DNA from: a virus
Reading direction: 5' to 3' (one strand)
Virus record (IMG/VR): IMGVR_UViG_3300027541_000695
Location: 5,639 to 69,638 of that record
DNA: 64,000 nt
The first letter of the stretch is position 1; each line of letters starts with the position of its first letter. Shown piece by piece: positions 17,061 to 27,810 of the stretch. The position numbers were made by a program, and so were the translations under genes. The notes below the pieces were generated by a model. It searched no databases, was not told where the DNA came from, and saw only the letters and a program-made list of their open reading frames with translations.

Positions 17061-18062
17061 ATGTTTTCTCGCATAATAAAAGACAGTTCAATATGGAGAG
17101 ATGATACCAGTTTTTCTCTACATAATCATTCAGATACCCAAATAAGAATTGGTGTGATTATAAGACCACTAAATGAAGAAGACACGAACGAATTAAGGTA
17201 TTTAGTTGAAGTATATAGATTAAACAGCAAGCTATTAGTAAATTGTAAAATGCTAAGAAGATTTGGCGGAATTTACAACTATGAAGATTTTGTATCAAGA
17301 GGATACAATATAGATGACAATAAACTAGAAGACAGTGCTTTTGAAACCAAGGCTGGAGATGTAGTAGTAGTAGCTTTTTTGAATGGACAGGCTAGAGATG
17401 GAATTATTTTAGGTGGCTTAAATCATGCTGCAAGAAAAACTAGTATACTAGCTAAGGACGGTCCACAATATAAAAGCGAATTTAACGGAATAGAAAAATC
17501 TATAAACAAAGATGGTGAATACAAGGTAACATTTAAAGGACAGCCTACCAATTTAAATAAATTAAATGACCATCCATCTTCTCAAATACAGCCGCCAACG
17601 TACGACGAGGAAAAAGGAACTAGTTATTACAAGTTTTCAAAGGATGGAAGCTTTGAGGTAAGTGATAATGCCAAGAAAGATACACAAAGTTTTAAAATAG
17701 ACAAGACTAACGGAACAATAGAAATACTGGGTGGAAAAATATCGTTAAAATTAACAAAATCCACTGAATCAGTGATTCTTAAAAACAAAGAAACATTAGT
17801 AAACACAGAAAACAAAATAACAGTAAACACAAAAATTACTCAGGTAAATTCTTCGGAAAAAGCATCTATAAAGTCGCCTAAAATTGCTATAGGCAAAGAG
17901 GGTGTAGAGTTATTAGATCAATTAGCTAAATTAATCGATGCCTTAGGCAAGGTAATGCCCATATCTCCTGTTGGACCATGCACTCCACTCATGAGCACCG
18001 GTCAGTGGTCTCAAGTTGAACAAATAAAGGCGAAGATCAAAGAAATAACTGGCACTTTTTAA
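17061..18062 (+). CDS. Baseplate central spike protein (P2 gpV/T4 gp5 OB fold plus beta-helix)
   Basis: GDVVVVAFLNGQARDGIILGGL OB-fold motif followed by beta-strand repeats. Confidence 0.75.
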   Translation: MFSRIIKDSSIWRDDTSFSLHNHSDTQIRIGVIIRPLNEEDTNELRYLVEVYRLNSKLLVNCKMLRRFGGIYNYEDFVSRGYNIDDNKLEDSAFETKAGDVVVVAFLNGQARDGIILGGLNHAARKTSILAKDGPQYKSEFNGIEKSINKDGEYKVTFKGQPTNLNKLNDHPSSQIQPPTYDEEKGTSYYKFSKDGSFEVSDNAKKDTQSFKIDKTNGTIEILGGKISLKLTKSTESVILKNKETLVNTENKITVNTKITQVNSSEKASIKSPKIAIGKEGVELLDQLAKLIDALGKVMPISPVGPCTPLMSTGQWSQVEQIKAKIKEITGTF

Positions 18063-18074
18063 GTTATTTGGCGT

Positions 18075-18080
18075 TATAAT
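18075..18080 (+). promoter_or_regulatory. -10 box 6 nt before ATG 18087 (leaderless)
   Basis: CGT-TATAAT-TAAGTT-ATG. Confidence 0.65.
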
Positions 18081-18086
18081 TAAGTT

Positions 18087-19040
18087 ATGGCTAATTTTTA
18101 TACATTAAGCGATATATTTGGAAAAGGTAAAGAAAAACCTATTTCGCAAAATAACGGCGCAACCAGCGGAATAGGGGTTAAAAAGCAGACGGCTCTTGAT
18201 CTTTATGGCTATGATGTCATAAAAGAGAATTGGTTTACTTCAAAGCCATATGCTTTTAGATTTACGCCCAAGGATGAAAAAGAGGGAGCAATAACAATAT
18301 ATTTACCCATATCTCCTAGTAATTTGACCATAACGACAAATTTTGCCACTAATATAATAACTACACTCTATGGAACCGTCGAAGAACATTCGCCCGTAAG
18401 ATATTACGACATATCTATAGAAGGAACAACGGGTATGGCCCCAAAATATGTAGAGCCAGCATTAAAAAATGGCGTTCCAATTAAAAAAGACGGTAGACAA
18501 AGTGCAACTGTAGATATCGGAATAGGGACAAAATTAGGCGGTTTTTTTCAGAACACATTAAGGATAATAAATAAAATTAAAAATCAAGCTAGTGAGTTAA
18601 CTAAAGATAATACTGAAGAAACCGGCGTGTACCTTAATAATACTGGTTATTTAGCCTTTCATAATCTCTATAGATTTTTTTTAAAATATAAGAAAGAAGT
18701 GTCCAGTGATGTAAATTCAACGCAAGCGTGGCACCATCACCCCTTGACATTTTTAAATTATAAAGATAACAATCAGTATGATGTTGTTGTAAGAAGCTTT
18801 ACGTTAAGAAGAAGTGCAGAAAATCCCATGCTTTATTATTATAATATAACCTTGAGAGCATACAACTTAAAGACCATAGATGAAAAAAATATGGGTCTTG
18901 ATACTCAAGATAGACTTAAAGAATTAGGTTTAAGTGGCGTTGATTCGTCGACTTTTTTAAGCAAGGCCAAAAACACGGCCAATAAAGTCAAGGGAATATT
19001 GGGGCCATTAGGAGCAGGGATTAACACACTTGGAAGATAA
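18087..19040 (+). CDS. Baseplate/tail-tube junction protein
   Basis: LPISPSNLTIT..DISIEGTTG..FTLRRSAENPMLYYYNITL pattern of tube-initiator-like baseplate proteins. Confidence 0.65.
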   Translation: MANFYTLSDIFGKGKEKPISQNNGATSGIGVKKQTALDLYGYDVIKENWFTSKPYAFRFTPKDEKEGAITIYLPISPSNLTITTNFATNIITTLYGTVEEHSPVRYYDISIEGTTGMAPKYVEPALKNGVPIKKDGRQSATVDIGIGTKLGGFFQNTLRIINKIKNQASELTKDNTEETGVYLNNTGYLAFHNLYRFFLKYKKEVSSDVNSTQAWHHHPLTFLNYKDNNQYDVVVRSFTLRRSAENPMLYYYNITLRAYNLKTIDEKNMGLDTQDRLKELGLSGVDSSTFLSKAKNTANKVKGILGPLGAGINTLGR

Positions 19041-20638
19041 TGACACAGAGCACAGAAGCGCTTTTAGCGTCATCAGAATTAAATCTTTGGTACAAGGTAA
19101 GAGGCGGAGACGATCTCAAGCTGTCTGATATACCAGAGATAATTCCGTTAAGATGGACTTATTTTAAACAAAATTGGGAATTTATTAAAAAGTCTATCAT
19201 CGATGACGCCAGCTCTTATGGCGATCCAGATTTTCTTAATGAACAAGTCAAGCAGTTTTCTGATTTTATAGCGAGTCAGAGAAACTCACCGTCTAAGATA
19301 AATCCTTTTTCAGATGGTTCTATACTGCATAGATATTATGCTGTTTTTGACTCTATAAATATTACTAGCATACCGTTAACAATAGAAGAAGAAAACATAA
19401 TTGAGGCAAGAACAAGAGAAGTTCAAGCTTTTTCAAAAAATGATTTTCTAAGAATTAAAAAAAGATTAATAGACTATAGAGACAGTATAGCTGACATATC
19501 GAATCTAAAAGACGATACATATAATTCTGTATACAACAGAAGTTCAATATCTTCTCAATTTAATGCGACAACTGTTGACTTGAACTTAATGTTATCTATG
19601 CAAGAAAATATAGCATCGGTTGATTTTTTGCTCGCTAATCTTTTTAACGTCGACTCTGTTCTTGATCCTTTTGCCCTTGCTAGAGCTAACGCAAACAACC
19701 CAGAAATTAACATAGGGCAATATAACTCTGGTAGATTAGTTAAACTGAATTATGGTGAAGATCTTCAAAGTCTAGCGTATAGATATCTAGGATCGGCAGA
19801 CAGCTGGATAGATATAGCTATAGCAAATGGCTTAAAAGCGCCATACATAGATGAAGTGGGCGAAAAGATACCTCTATTGTCTAATGGCCAGTCAAATCAA
19901 TTAAACATAGCGGCTACAGACATAAATGGAAACTTAAATATAGATAAGTTTTACATAAATCAGGTTGTAATATTGCAGTCTAATCTTGAAAATTTTCCTG
20001 AACAAAGATCTATAGTTAATATAAGACAGATACCTATCTCCAATGAGATAATACTAGAACTTGATGGCGAGCCAGATTTAAATAGATACAAGATATTCGA
20101 TCAGGCACATATAAGGGTCTTTAAACCCAACACAACAAACAGTTCGTTTTATATACTTATCCCTTCTAATGAACCGTTAGAGGACACAAGACAAAATGAA
20201 GTTCCATGGTTTTTAGCTAAAAGTCAAGCTGATGAAAAGAAAGCTGGCATAGATCTTCTTATAGATGGAAACGGCGATATAAACTTTAATAATAGCGGCG
20301 ACTTAGAATTAAGTTACGGTCTAGAAAATGCGGTTCAGGCCATAAAATTAAAATTAGTAACAGAATTAGGGTCGCTCAGATATCATCCCCAATATGGACT
20401 AATTAATGTCTCCGGTAAAGATAACAGCGACATAGATACAGTAAAAGCTCAAATAATAGAGTCATTGACCCAGCAAGTAGAAGCAGATTCAAGATTTAGC
20501 AACATAGAGACCTTAGATGTTAGATACTTAACCCAGCAAAACGATCCTAATATGGCAACCTCATTTGGGATAAGTATGTCTGTAAAGATGGCCGGAAGCG
20601 ATACGGTAATTCCTATAACTTTTAGCATATATAAGTGA
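19040..20638 (+). CDS. Baseplate wedge protein with LysM and gp25-like domains
   Basis: GEDLQSLAYRYLGSADSWIDIAIANGLKAPY (LysM) and GDLELSYGLENAVQAIKLKLVTELGSLRYHPQYG (gp25-like). Confidence 0.8.
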   Translation: MTQSTEALLASSELNLWYKVRGGDDLKLSDIPEIIPLRWTYFKQNWEFIKKSIIDDASSYGDPDFLNEQVKQFSDFIASQRNSPSKINPFSDGSILHRYYAVFDSINITSIPLTIEEENIIEARTREVQAFSKNDFLRIKKRLIDYRDSIADISNLKDDTYNSVYNRSSISSQFNATTVDLNLMLSMQENIASVDFLLANLFNVDSVLDPFALARANANNPEINIGQYNSGRLVKLNYGEDLQSLAYRYLGSADSWIDIAIANGLKAPYIDEVGEKIPLLSNGQSNQLNIAATDINGNLNIDKFYINQVVILQSNLENFPEQRSIVNIRQIPISNEIILELDGEPDLNRYKIFDQAHIRVFKPNTTNSSFYILIPSNEPLEDTRQNEVPWFLAKSQADEKKAGIDLLIDGNGDINFNNSGDLELSYGLENAVQAIKLKLVTELGSLRYHPQYGLINVSGKDNSDIDTVKAQIIESLTQQVEADSRFSNIETLDVRYLTQQNDPNMATSFGISMSVKMAGSDTVIPITFSIYK

Positions 20639-20720
20639 ATGCATTGCTATTAATGTAGTAGAATATAAATAAGACTTGTCTTATTTAGGACTTAACTGCA
20701 ATAGCGTGTAGGAAGTATGT

Positions 20721-23700
20721 ATGGCTGTAGAAATTAAATCGTTTAACCAGATACTTGGTTCGATGGTTAGAAAAATAATGAGCGAAACCCCCGTAAACGA
20801 TATAAACACGGGATCGGTACTTCTTTCGCTTTTAGAGGCATGTGCTTCCAATGACTTTGAAAATAATACAGCTATATTAAACGTATTAGAGCTTCTTAAC
20901 GTAGATGCGATCAAGAATAACGATCTAGATGCAAAAGCCGCTGACTATGGTTTAACTAGAAGAACCGCAGTAAGAGCATTTGGGCAAGTTACTATAACTA
21001 ATTCAAATATAACTAAAAGAAGCACAAGTCTTTATGTAATTAAACCAGCACCCATATCTGGTCAAACATCTCTTTATGTTACCAGTGCTGCTGGATGGGC
21101 ATCAAGTGGAAATCTTTACATAGGAAGAGGAACAGAATCGTTTGAAGGTCCAATAGCGTATACGTCCATAGATATTTATCCTACGTACGCAAAGATAAAT
21201 CTTGCTTCTGCTCTGCAAAAAGATCATTTGATATCTGATATTATTGTAGATTCTCAAGGACAGCCGGATAGACTTATATCAGCTGGAACAGTGATAAAAA
21301 TTCCTGCAAACAGTCAATCTCCAGAGGTTGCCTTTTCTACGTTAAGAGACGCCGTAATTCCTGCCGGAGAGGATTCTGTTGCGGGCGTAGATATAATTGC
21401 AACAAATGCGGGATCTCAGGGCAATGCTCAGATAAACACTATAACTCAATTTCAAGCAGCACCGTTTCCAGGTGCTACAGTTACAAATCCTTCTTCTCTT
21501 TCAAGCGGCAGAGACATAGAGACAGATACAGAGCTTAGAAATAGAATTAAATCATATACTATAACACTTGCGCGCGGAACTGCACCATCTATAATTTCAT
21601 CTGTTGTAGGTGTATCTGATTCTGATGACAATAAGCAAGTCGCATCAGCTGTCATGACAGAGCCAGTCAAGATTGGAGATCCTTCTATACTTTATATAGA
21701 TGACGGTTCGGGTTTTCAACCCTCGTACGAAGGTCAATCTGTTGATATATTATTGAATAACGCAAACGGATCTGAAGAATTCTTGCAACTTGCAAATTTC
21801 CCTGTTACTAGACCTCAGCTCGTAAACAGTGGAGAAAGCCCATACACATTACTTGACTCTATGCAGCTAAAAGTAATAGTTGACGGTGAAGAAGAAATAA
21901 TAACTTTTACTGCTTCTAAATTTGAGAACATATCGTCTGCGACTATATCTGAAGTAATAATAGCCATAAACGATCAATCTGTCAATTTTAAGGCTAGACT
22001 TGCAAATAGTTCTAAAAACATATTATTGTATCCTGTTGCGCACGACGCCGAAACTATACAGGTCAGCGCTCTTAAAGAAGGCGACGTTGAACTTCTTTAC
22101 GCTAACAGCATACTTAAGTTTCCAACAAATGAGATATCTTATATCTCTTTGTATCAAAACAGCACTAGATTGAAGGAAAAAACTAAAACGGCTTCTATAG
22201 AATCTGTGCCATATGGACAGTGGAATATAGATACTGTCGGTAACTTAATAATAAGCGTTGATGGAACTCCTGCACAAGATAGATATTTTACAATAAATGA
22301 TTTTATTGGCGCTTCTTCTTTTTCTTCTTTAACTTTAGAGCAATGGGTTCAAGCCATTAACTTAAAATTTGCTGGCTTAACAGCGAGCTCAACGCCAGCA
22401 CAAACATTAAAAATACTTTCTAATAAATCTGGATCAAAATCAAGCTTAACAATACAGGGCGGATCTTATGTAAATAAATTATTTGCAGGCAAGGATCTAG
22501 ATGTTCAGGGACAAGATTCTCAGTTTGAACTTAATAGACAAACCGGAAACATAAGAATATTGACGGATATAGCTAGCGGTGATGTTATAACTGCTGGTGT
22601 AGAAGATGCTAAGGGTTTTATTGTTTCCACGGCCACTAATTCCGGCACTTACAATGTTGCATCAGATGATCTTGGAAGACCGGCAGATGTAGTTTTTGTA
22701 GTTGATTCTACTTATTGCGATGTTAAGGCATTACCCATCACGGTTGGCACAGAGATCACGATAAATGACATGGGATCTAACGTAATGAGAGTAAAATCAT
22801 CTTCGTTAAATTCCTTTGCTAAACTTTTGCCAGGCGATTTTTTATACATAGTTAAAAGAACTGACTGGATAGACGAAGATAACTGCGGTCTATATAAGAT
22901 AGTTTCTAAGGGCGATCATACAGCCGCTGGAGTAGACTCATATGTTGAGGTTCTTAATTCTAGCATATTAGATAACGATACTGTAACGATATTAGACTCT
23001 AACGACATTAAGGCCTTTAGAACAGATGGATATCCTCAAATATGGAGAGGAGCTCTTGTAACTACACCTGCAGCAGAGCCGCTGTTAGGAATAGTTAATT
23101 CCCTCAACAATAATCTATTGGGCGTTAAAGCTAAAATCTTTAGATCTAATTCAATAAAAATAACATCTTCAGCTGAAGAAGGTGGCAGTATAGCTATACC
23201 TGTAAGTGTTGGCAGCGCAGCGAACTTGTTCTCCGAGACACTCACTAATAGAACTGGAAATCCTTCTCATATAGCCAATAAGGTGTCTAACAAAGAATTA
23301 ACAGGCCCATTTAAAAGAGATACATCGGTTGATACATGGTTAGGTAGGCACGCTTATAGCGAAATTAAGGCAAATATTTCTCTTAATTCGTCGCCTTCAA
23401 CCCCGCCGTATTCATCCACCTATTCAGAAATTTTAAATTCTCCTTCTTTCTCTAATTCAAATATAAGTAGTGCTGACGTAATTAACTTTATAAATGGAAA
23501 CAACGACGGTCAAACAAGATCGATAAAAAGCAAAATAAACGCGTCTTCCATAGGAACTCAGCAAGGCGTAATGAGAACCGAGCTAGATCACATAGTGGGC
23601 GATGAAGTATTGCTTACAGATTCTTTGAAATTTGCAGCAGACGACAGCATAGTTTATATAATAGACAATGATGCGACTAATAAAACTGTGGATATTAAGA

Positions 23701-26700
23701 TTTCAAGAACCGCGCAAGTTAATTCTGGATCAGGTTTAACTTCTTTTATTCCAACTAGTACAGAATTCTCGGCTAACGATGTCGACAATGAGCCAGGTAT
23801 AGACTTCTCAAACTTGAACGTTTGGGGACAAACATTAAACAACACCGACTTTAGTGATTACGCAGTATTAATGCGCGCAAGAAACTGGTATTCAACCGGA
23901 GGAGTAAGCGGTGCTGGCGGAAAGATGGTAATCAGGGCTAATGATTATGGTTCAAACGGAAACAAACTAAGATTCAATATAAAATACCCTAGTTTTGCTG
24001 ATCAAGCCAGCTCTGTGGCATTGAAGAATACTCCTTCCTGGAGTTCACTCTCTTACTATTTTGGATCTGGGCCAAATGTTATTACAGGCCTATCAACAAA
24101 TGATACCTTATCTGTGTCTGGTCCTTATCCAGACGTGTCTACAAATTTTCCAAATGGTGCAACTTCAAGCGGCAATTATTATGACTATACGTTCTCTGCG
24201 GGAAGTTTAGTTGGTGCTCAAGTAGGCAATATATTAAGCTTGTTAGATTCTTCTGGTGTTTCCACATTTAATCGGGGTCAATTTAGGATAGGAGCAATAA
24301 GCGGAAACACGGTGAGGGTTTTTAATTCAAGTGCTTCAACAACTTCCGCTGGATCACCAGAGACTATAACCATTACTACAATTAATGATATAGTTGGAAC
24401 TAAAACAGCTGTCACAATAGACGTTATTGCTAGTTCTGTTGCACAGTTAGATGGCAAGAGCATACAAATATATGATAATAAGGGAATGGTAAATCTGTGG
24501 TTCGATGTAGATAACAACAACATCACTGAGCCTTTGTTTTTGCCGCCGCCAACTAGATCTATAAAAATAGCGACTATTTTAAGCACAGACACAATTGATC
24601 AGGCTTGTGCAAAAATAGCTGATTATCTAAAAAATGATCCAGCGTTTGAAACAGTTTATGCTGCTGGACCAAGTGTTGTATATAGTCTAGCTCAAAATGG
24701 GCCGGCTCCAGCACCAACACACGGCACATTTCCTCCTTTGTTTTCAATAACTAATTACCCTGGTTTGCCAGACATATCGATAGACAAAAAATATTTTTTG
24801 CTGTACGACGATGAAGGCTCTGTTGCGATATGGTATGACGTAGGTAACGATGGTACTTTAGAGCCATTTCACGGCGCAAACAGATCTATAAGAGTAGAAA
24901 CTGTAAGCTATGGAGATACCGCTACTGTAATCGCTGCAGCGACAGCAGCAGCCATAAATGCGGACTCTAAGTTTAATGCAGTAGCTTCAGGGGACGTTTT
25001 AACCATAACAACTGCCTTTAACGCTAATACTCAAAACGCTTCTGCTGGAACATCTGGCTTTGCAGTATCAAGTGTATCTGGTAGTTCTTCTGGCGCAGAG
25101 GTAATAACAAATCCAAGTCAAGTGCAAATATTTGCAATAAATAAAAACTCTGTAAAAGACATAGCTGAAAAGGTAAATGAGGGTTCTATCCTAAAGATAT
25201 CAGCGATTGGTTCTAATACATTAACCATAGACAAATCAACAGAAGAAGAAGACTATAGTTACGTAAATGACTCTACGGCCTTGGGATTTGGGCACAATCC
25301 CGGCGATGAAGATGCAAGAGGCTACATAAGACTGTATGACGGTATTAATTGGATTAAAAGTTTTTCTAATTCTAATCCTAACTTTATAGTAAAAGAAACT
25401 TTTACATTAAACGGTGTTGCCCCATCCGTATATGCAATGAATTCATGCCCCAATGAAGATGGTTCTACTGGCGAACTATTGAAATTAGTTCCAACAACTG
25501 TTAGAAATGTTCAGCATCATTTAACCCAGAAAGCTCTTTCTCAATTACCTATAGTAACAAACGTCGATATATCCAATGATGGTAAAAGAGTACAGATCAA
25601 ATCCAAACAATTAGGTTCTGATGGCGCAATTGAGGTAGTTGGAGGAAGAGCAAATAAGGCAGAATCTTATATAATAGGAGAATCTGGTGTATCGAGCGAT
25701 ACAACTGGAAACTATCTTACTGTTGCGATACCGGCATATCCAAATACTTTTTCTGCCGGCGACATAATAACATTAAGCAATGATAAAGGCGTAAAAAGAA
25801 AATCAAGACTAAAAGAAACAGATAGTTTAGATGTAAATGTTTCTTCCTCTAATGCAAGGTACCTATATAAGGCCAAAAATATAAATTTTAATCCTACGAC
25901 ACAGATAAAGATAGAAGACGTTTCTTCATCTTACTTAAGACCAGCAGGGACTATATGGAGATGGACGCATGATGGCACCGGAGGATCTTTAGCCAGTGTA
26001 TCTCCAGGAGATTTAGTTTGCGCTTATGGAGCGCTTCCAAATTGGAGTCAAGGAAATAAAACGCGATTGGGCGGAGAAGCCATAGTATCTGGCTTGCCTA
26101 TCATAAATGTTAATGATTCTGCTAATTGGATGGACATAGTAAACCCTAATGGAAAAAGCATGACATTTTCTCCAATAGGCTTAGGTTCAATAGCTGTGTT
26201 CCCAACTCCAATAATTAAATGGAATGTTACTCATGCAGCAAGAATTAAAGTCACAAGCATATCAAGATCCTCTAACACTATAACTATAAACACTGGATCT
26301 CCACACAATTTAAATTCTGGAGATAACATATCTATAATTGATAGCACAACGCTTACTGACAATACGTATGGTCCAATAGTAGCTACGGGAGAAGCTAGCT
26401 TTACTTTTAGTAATGCTGGAGTAGATGTGCTTGAATTATCTAGTAAGGCGACTGTGCTTAAATCAACTTTTTCTGTCACGAAGTATAAAATAGAAAAAAT
26501 AAGCAAAAATGGATTAACTAGAATTTCTAGAGCCTCCGGTAATTCACCTAGATTTGTGGACATGGGTGTCGCAGTAGATGACTATGTGATTATAAGCGGA
26601 AATACTTTTGACTCCAACAATAACGGTAGATTTAGAGTTTTAGCTCTTGACAATGATTCTTTTATAATAGAAAACGCTCAATCTAAGGCTCAATTACACA

Positions 26701-27809
26701 CATTAGATAAATTAAACAACAAGGGATTGCAACCCACGTGGACAAGCAACGCCACTTTAATTACGGGAGCGGCTGGAACATTTAAAAATGTTAATGTCGG
26801 TAGCTGGATAAAGAAAAAAGAAGATTCCGATGATTACTATAGACAGATAGTATCTATGAATTCTTCTTCTGACACCGCTACAGAGATAACACTAGGTTCC
26901 GCATATCCCGGTTTATCTGGCGTAGCAGAAGGTATAGCCTATGATCAAGAGAATTCTTATCAAGGCGGGATACCATTAGATTCTATAGATGACATAACAT
27001 TTTACGAAGGTGATTCTGTTGTTATTGGTGATTCTCTAAATATACAGAATATAGTTAAACTTAATTGGTTTAGTTCTCAAAATATTGGGACATTTGAGAT
27101 AACGGAAGTAGGTACAGATGCCGACACAAGTGCGCCGTACATAACAATTAAAAACGAAGATGCAGTAGCTCAATCTGGCATTTTAATGTCCGTTAGTTTG
27201 TCTGGTTTCTATATAGTAGAAAGCTCATCAAGCAAAATAGAAACGCAAAGAAAGATAGAGCATGTGGCTATTGATGAATTAAATCCAGATAAAAAGATAT
27301 TATATCTTTCCCCTGCAAATAGAAGCTATAAATTTTCTGACGCAAATTTAACAAAAATTTCGCACACATCTAAATTAAATTATAGCGTTGGTACTATTTT
27401 AGGGGTGGATGGCTATCTTTACTATACAGGTTTACTTAGAAGGGTTCAGCGCATAGTAGATGGTTTTGAGCCAGATGCAGAAAATTTCCCTGGAAGAAAG
27501 GCGGTAGGTAGTTTTATAGAGACATTACCTCCGCTTTCTAAAAGTGTATCAATGTCTATAGACATAACGACCAATGAAGGCGTTAACTTAGGAGATATAT
27601 CAAACGGTATAAAGTCTACTATAATTAATTATGTTAATCAACTTGGCGTTGGTGAAGATATAATACTGTCCGAAATAATAGCCGCAGTTATGCAGATAAA
27701 GGGCGTTGCCGCGGTTACATTCACTAATCCTACTCCTAGCACTGAAAGAATATTCGTAGCTAACAATGAAAAAGCCACAATACTTAAGGAAAACATAGGA
27801 ATAGCGTGA
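20721..27809 (+). CDS. Giant baseplate J-like wedge protein (2362 aa)
   Basis: N-terminal DINTGSVLLSLLEA..LTRRTAVRAFG..GRDIETDTELRNRI..ARGT and C-terminal YVNQLGVGEDIILSEIIAAVMQIKGV are baseplate-J signatures; about 1900 aa of inserted beta-domains lie between. Confidence 0.85.
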   Translation: MAVEIKSFNQILGSMVRKIMSETPVNDINTGSVLLSLLEACASNDFENNTAILNVLELLNVDAIKNNDLDAKAADYGLTRRTAVRAFGQVTITNSNITKRSTSLYVIKPAPISGQTSLYVTSAAGWASSGNLYIGRGTESFEGPIAYTSIDIYPTYAKINLASALQKDHLISDIIVDSQGQPDRLISAGTVIKIPANSQSPEVAFSTLRDAVIPAGEDSVAGVDIIATNAGSQGNAQINTITQFQAAPFPGATVTNPSSLSSGRDIETDTELRNRIKSYTITLARGTAPSIISSVVGVSDSDDNKQVASAVMTEPVKIGDPSILYIDDGSGFQPSYEGQSVDILLNNANGSEEFLQLANFPVTRPQLVNSGESPYTLLDSMQLKVIVDGEEEIITFTASKFENISSATISEVIIAINDQSVNFKARLANSSKNILLYPVAHDAETIQVSALKEGDVELLYANSILKFPTNEISYISLYQNSTRLKEKTKTASIESVPYGQWNIDTVGNLIISVDGTPAQDRYFTINDFIGASSFSSLTLEQWVQAINLKFAGLTASSTPAQTLKILSNKSGSKSSLTIQGGSYVNKLFAGKDLDVQGQDSQFELNRQTGNIRILTDIASGDVITAGVEDAKGFIVSTATNSGTYNVASDDLGRPADVVFVVDSTYCDVKALPITVGTEITINDMGSNVMRVKSSSLNSFAKLLPGDFLYIVKRTDWIDEDNCGLYKIVSKGDHTAAGVDSYVEVLNSSILDNDTVTILDSNDIKAFRTDGYPQIWRGALVTTPAAEPLLGIVNSLNNNLLGVKAKIFRSNSIKITSSAEEGGSIAIPVSVGSAANLFSETLTNRTGNPSHIANKVSNKELTGPFKRDTSVDTWLGRHAYSEIKANISLNSSPSTPPYSSTYSEILNSPSFSNSNISSADVINFINGNNDGQTRSIKSKINASSIGTQQGVMRTELDHIVGDEVLLTDSLKFAADDSIVYIIDNDATNKTVDIKISRTAQVNSGSGLTSFIPTSTEFSANDVDNEPGIDFSNLNVWGQTLNNTDFSDYAVLMRARNWYSTGGVSGAGGKMVIRANDYGSNGNKLRFNIKYPSFADQASSVALKNTPSWSSLSYYFGSGPNVITGLSTNDTLSVSGPYPDVSTNFPNGATSSGNYYDYTFSAGSLVGAQVGNILSLLDSSGVSTFNRGQFRIGAISGNTVRVFNSSASTTSAGSPETITITTINDIVGTKTAVTIDVIASSVAQLDGKSIQIYDNKGMVNLWFDVDNNNITEPLFLPPPTRSIKIATILSTDTIDQACAKIADYLKNDPAFETVYAAGPSVVYSLAQNGPAPAPTHGTFPPLFSITNYPGLPDISIDKKYFLLYDDEGSVAIWYDVGNDGTLEPFHGANRSIRVETVSYGDTATVIAAATAAAINADSKFNAVASGDVLTITTAFNANTQNASAGTSGFAVSSVSGSSSGAEVITNPSQVQIFAINKNSVKDIAEKVNEGSILKISAIGSNTLTIDKSTEEEDYSYVNDSTALGFGHNPGDEDARGYIRLYDGINWIKSFSNSNPNFIVKETFTLNGVAPSVYAMNSCPNEDGSTGELLKLVPTTVRNVQHHLTQKALSQLPIVTNVDISNDGKRVQIKSKQLGSDGAIEVVGGRANKAESYIIGESGVSSDTTGNYLTVAIPAYPNTFSAGDIITLSNDKGVKRKSRLKETDSLDVNVSSSNARYLYKAKNINFNPTTQIKIEDVSSSYLRPAGTIWRWTHDGTGGSLASVSPGDLVCAYGALPNWSQGNKTRLGGEAIVSGLPIINVNDSANWMDIVNPNGKSMTFSPIGLGSIAVFPTPIIKWNVTHAARIKVTSISRSSNTITINTGSPHNLNSGDNISIIDSTTLTDNTYGPIVATGEASFTFSNAGVDVLELSSKATVLKSTFSVTKYKIEKISKNGLTRISRASGNSPRFVDMGVAVDDYVIISGNTFDSNNNGRFRVLALDNDSFIIENAQSKAQLHTLDKLNNKGLQPTWTSNATLITGAAGTFKNVNVGSWIKKKEDSDDYYRQIVSMNSSSDTATEITLGSAYPGLSGVAEGIAYDQENSYQGGIPLDSIDDITFYEGDSVVIGDSLNIQNIVKLNWFSSQNIGTFEITEVGTDADTSAPYITIKNEDAVAQSGILMSVSLSGFYIVESSSSKIETQRKIEHVAIDELNPDKKILYLSPANRSYKFSDANLTKISHTSKLNYSVGTILGVDGYLYYTGLLRRVQRIVDGFEPDAENFPGRKAVGSFIETLPPLSKSVSMSIDITTNEGVNLGDISNGIKSTIINYVNQLGVGEDIILSEIIAAVMQIKGVAAVTFTNPTPSTERIFVANNEKATILKENIGIA

Positions 27810-27810
27810 T

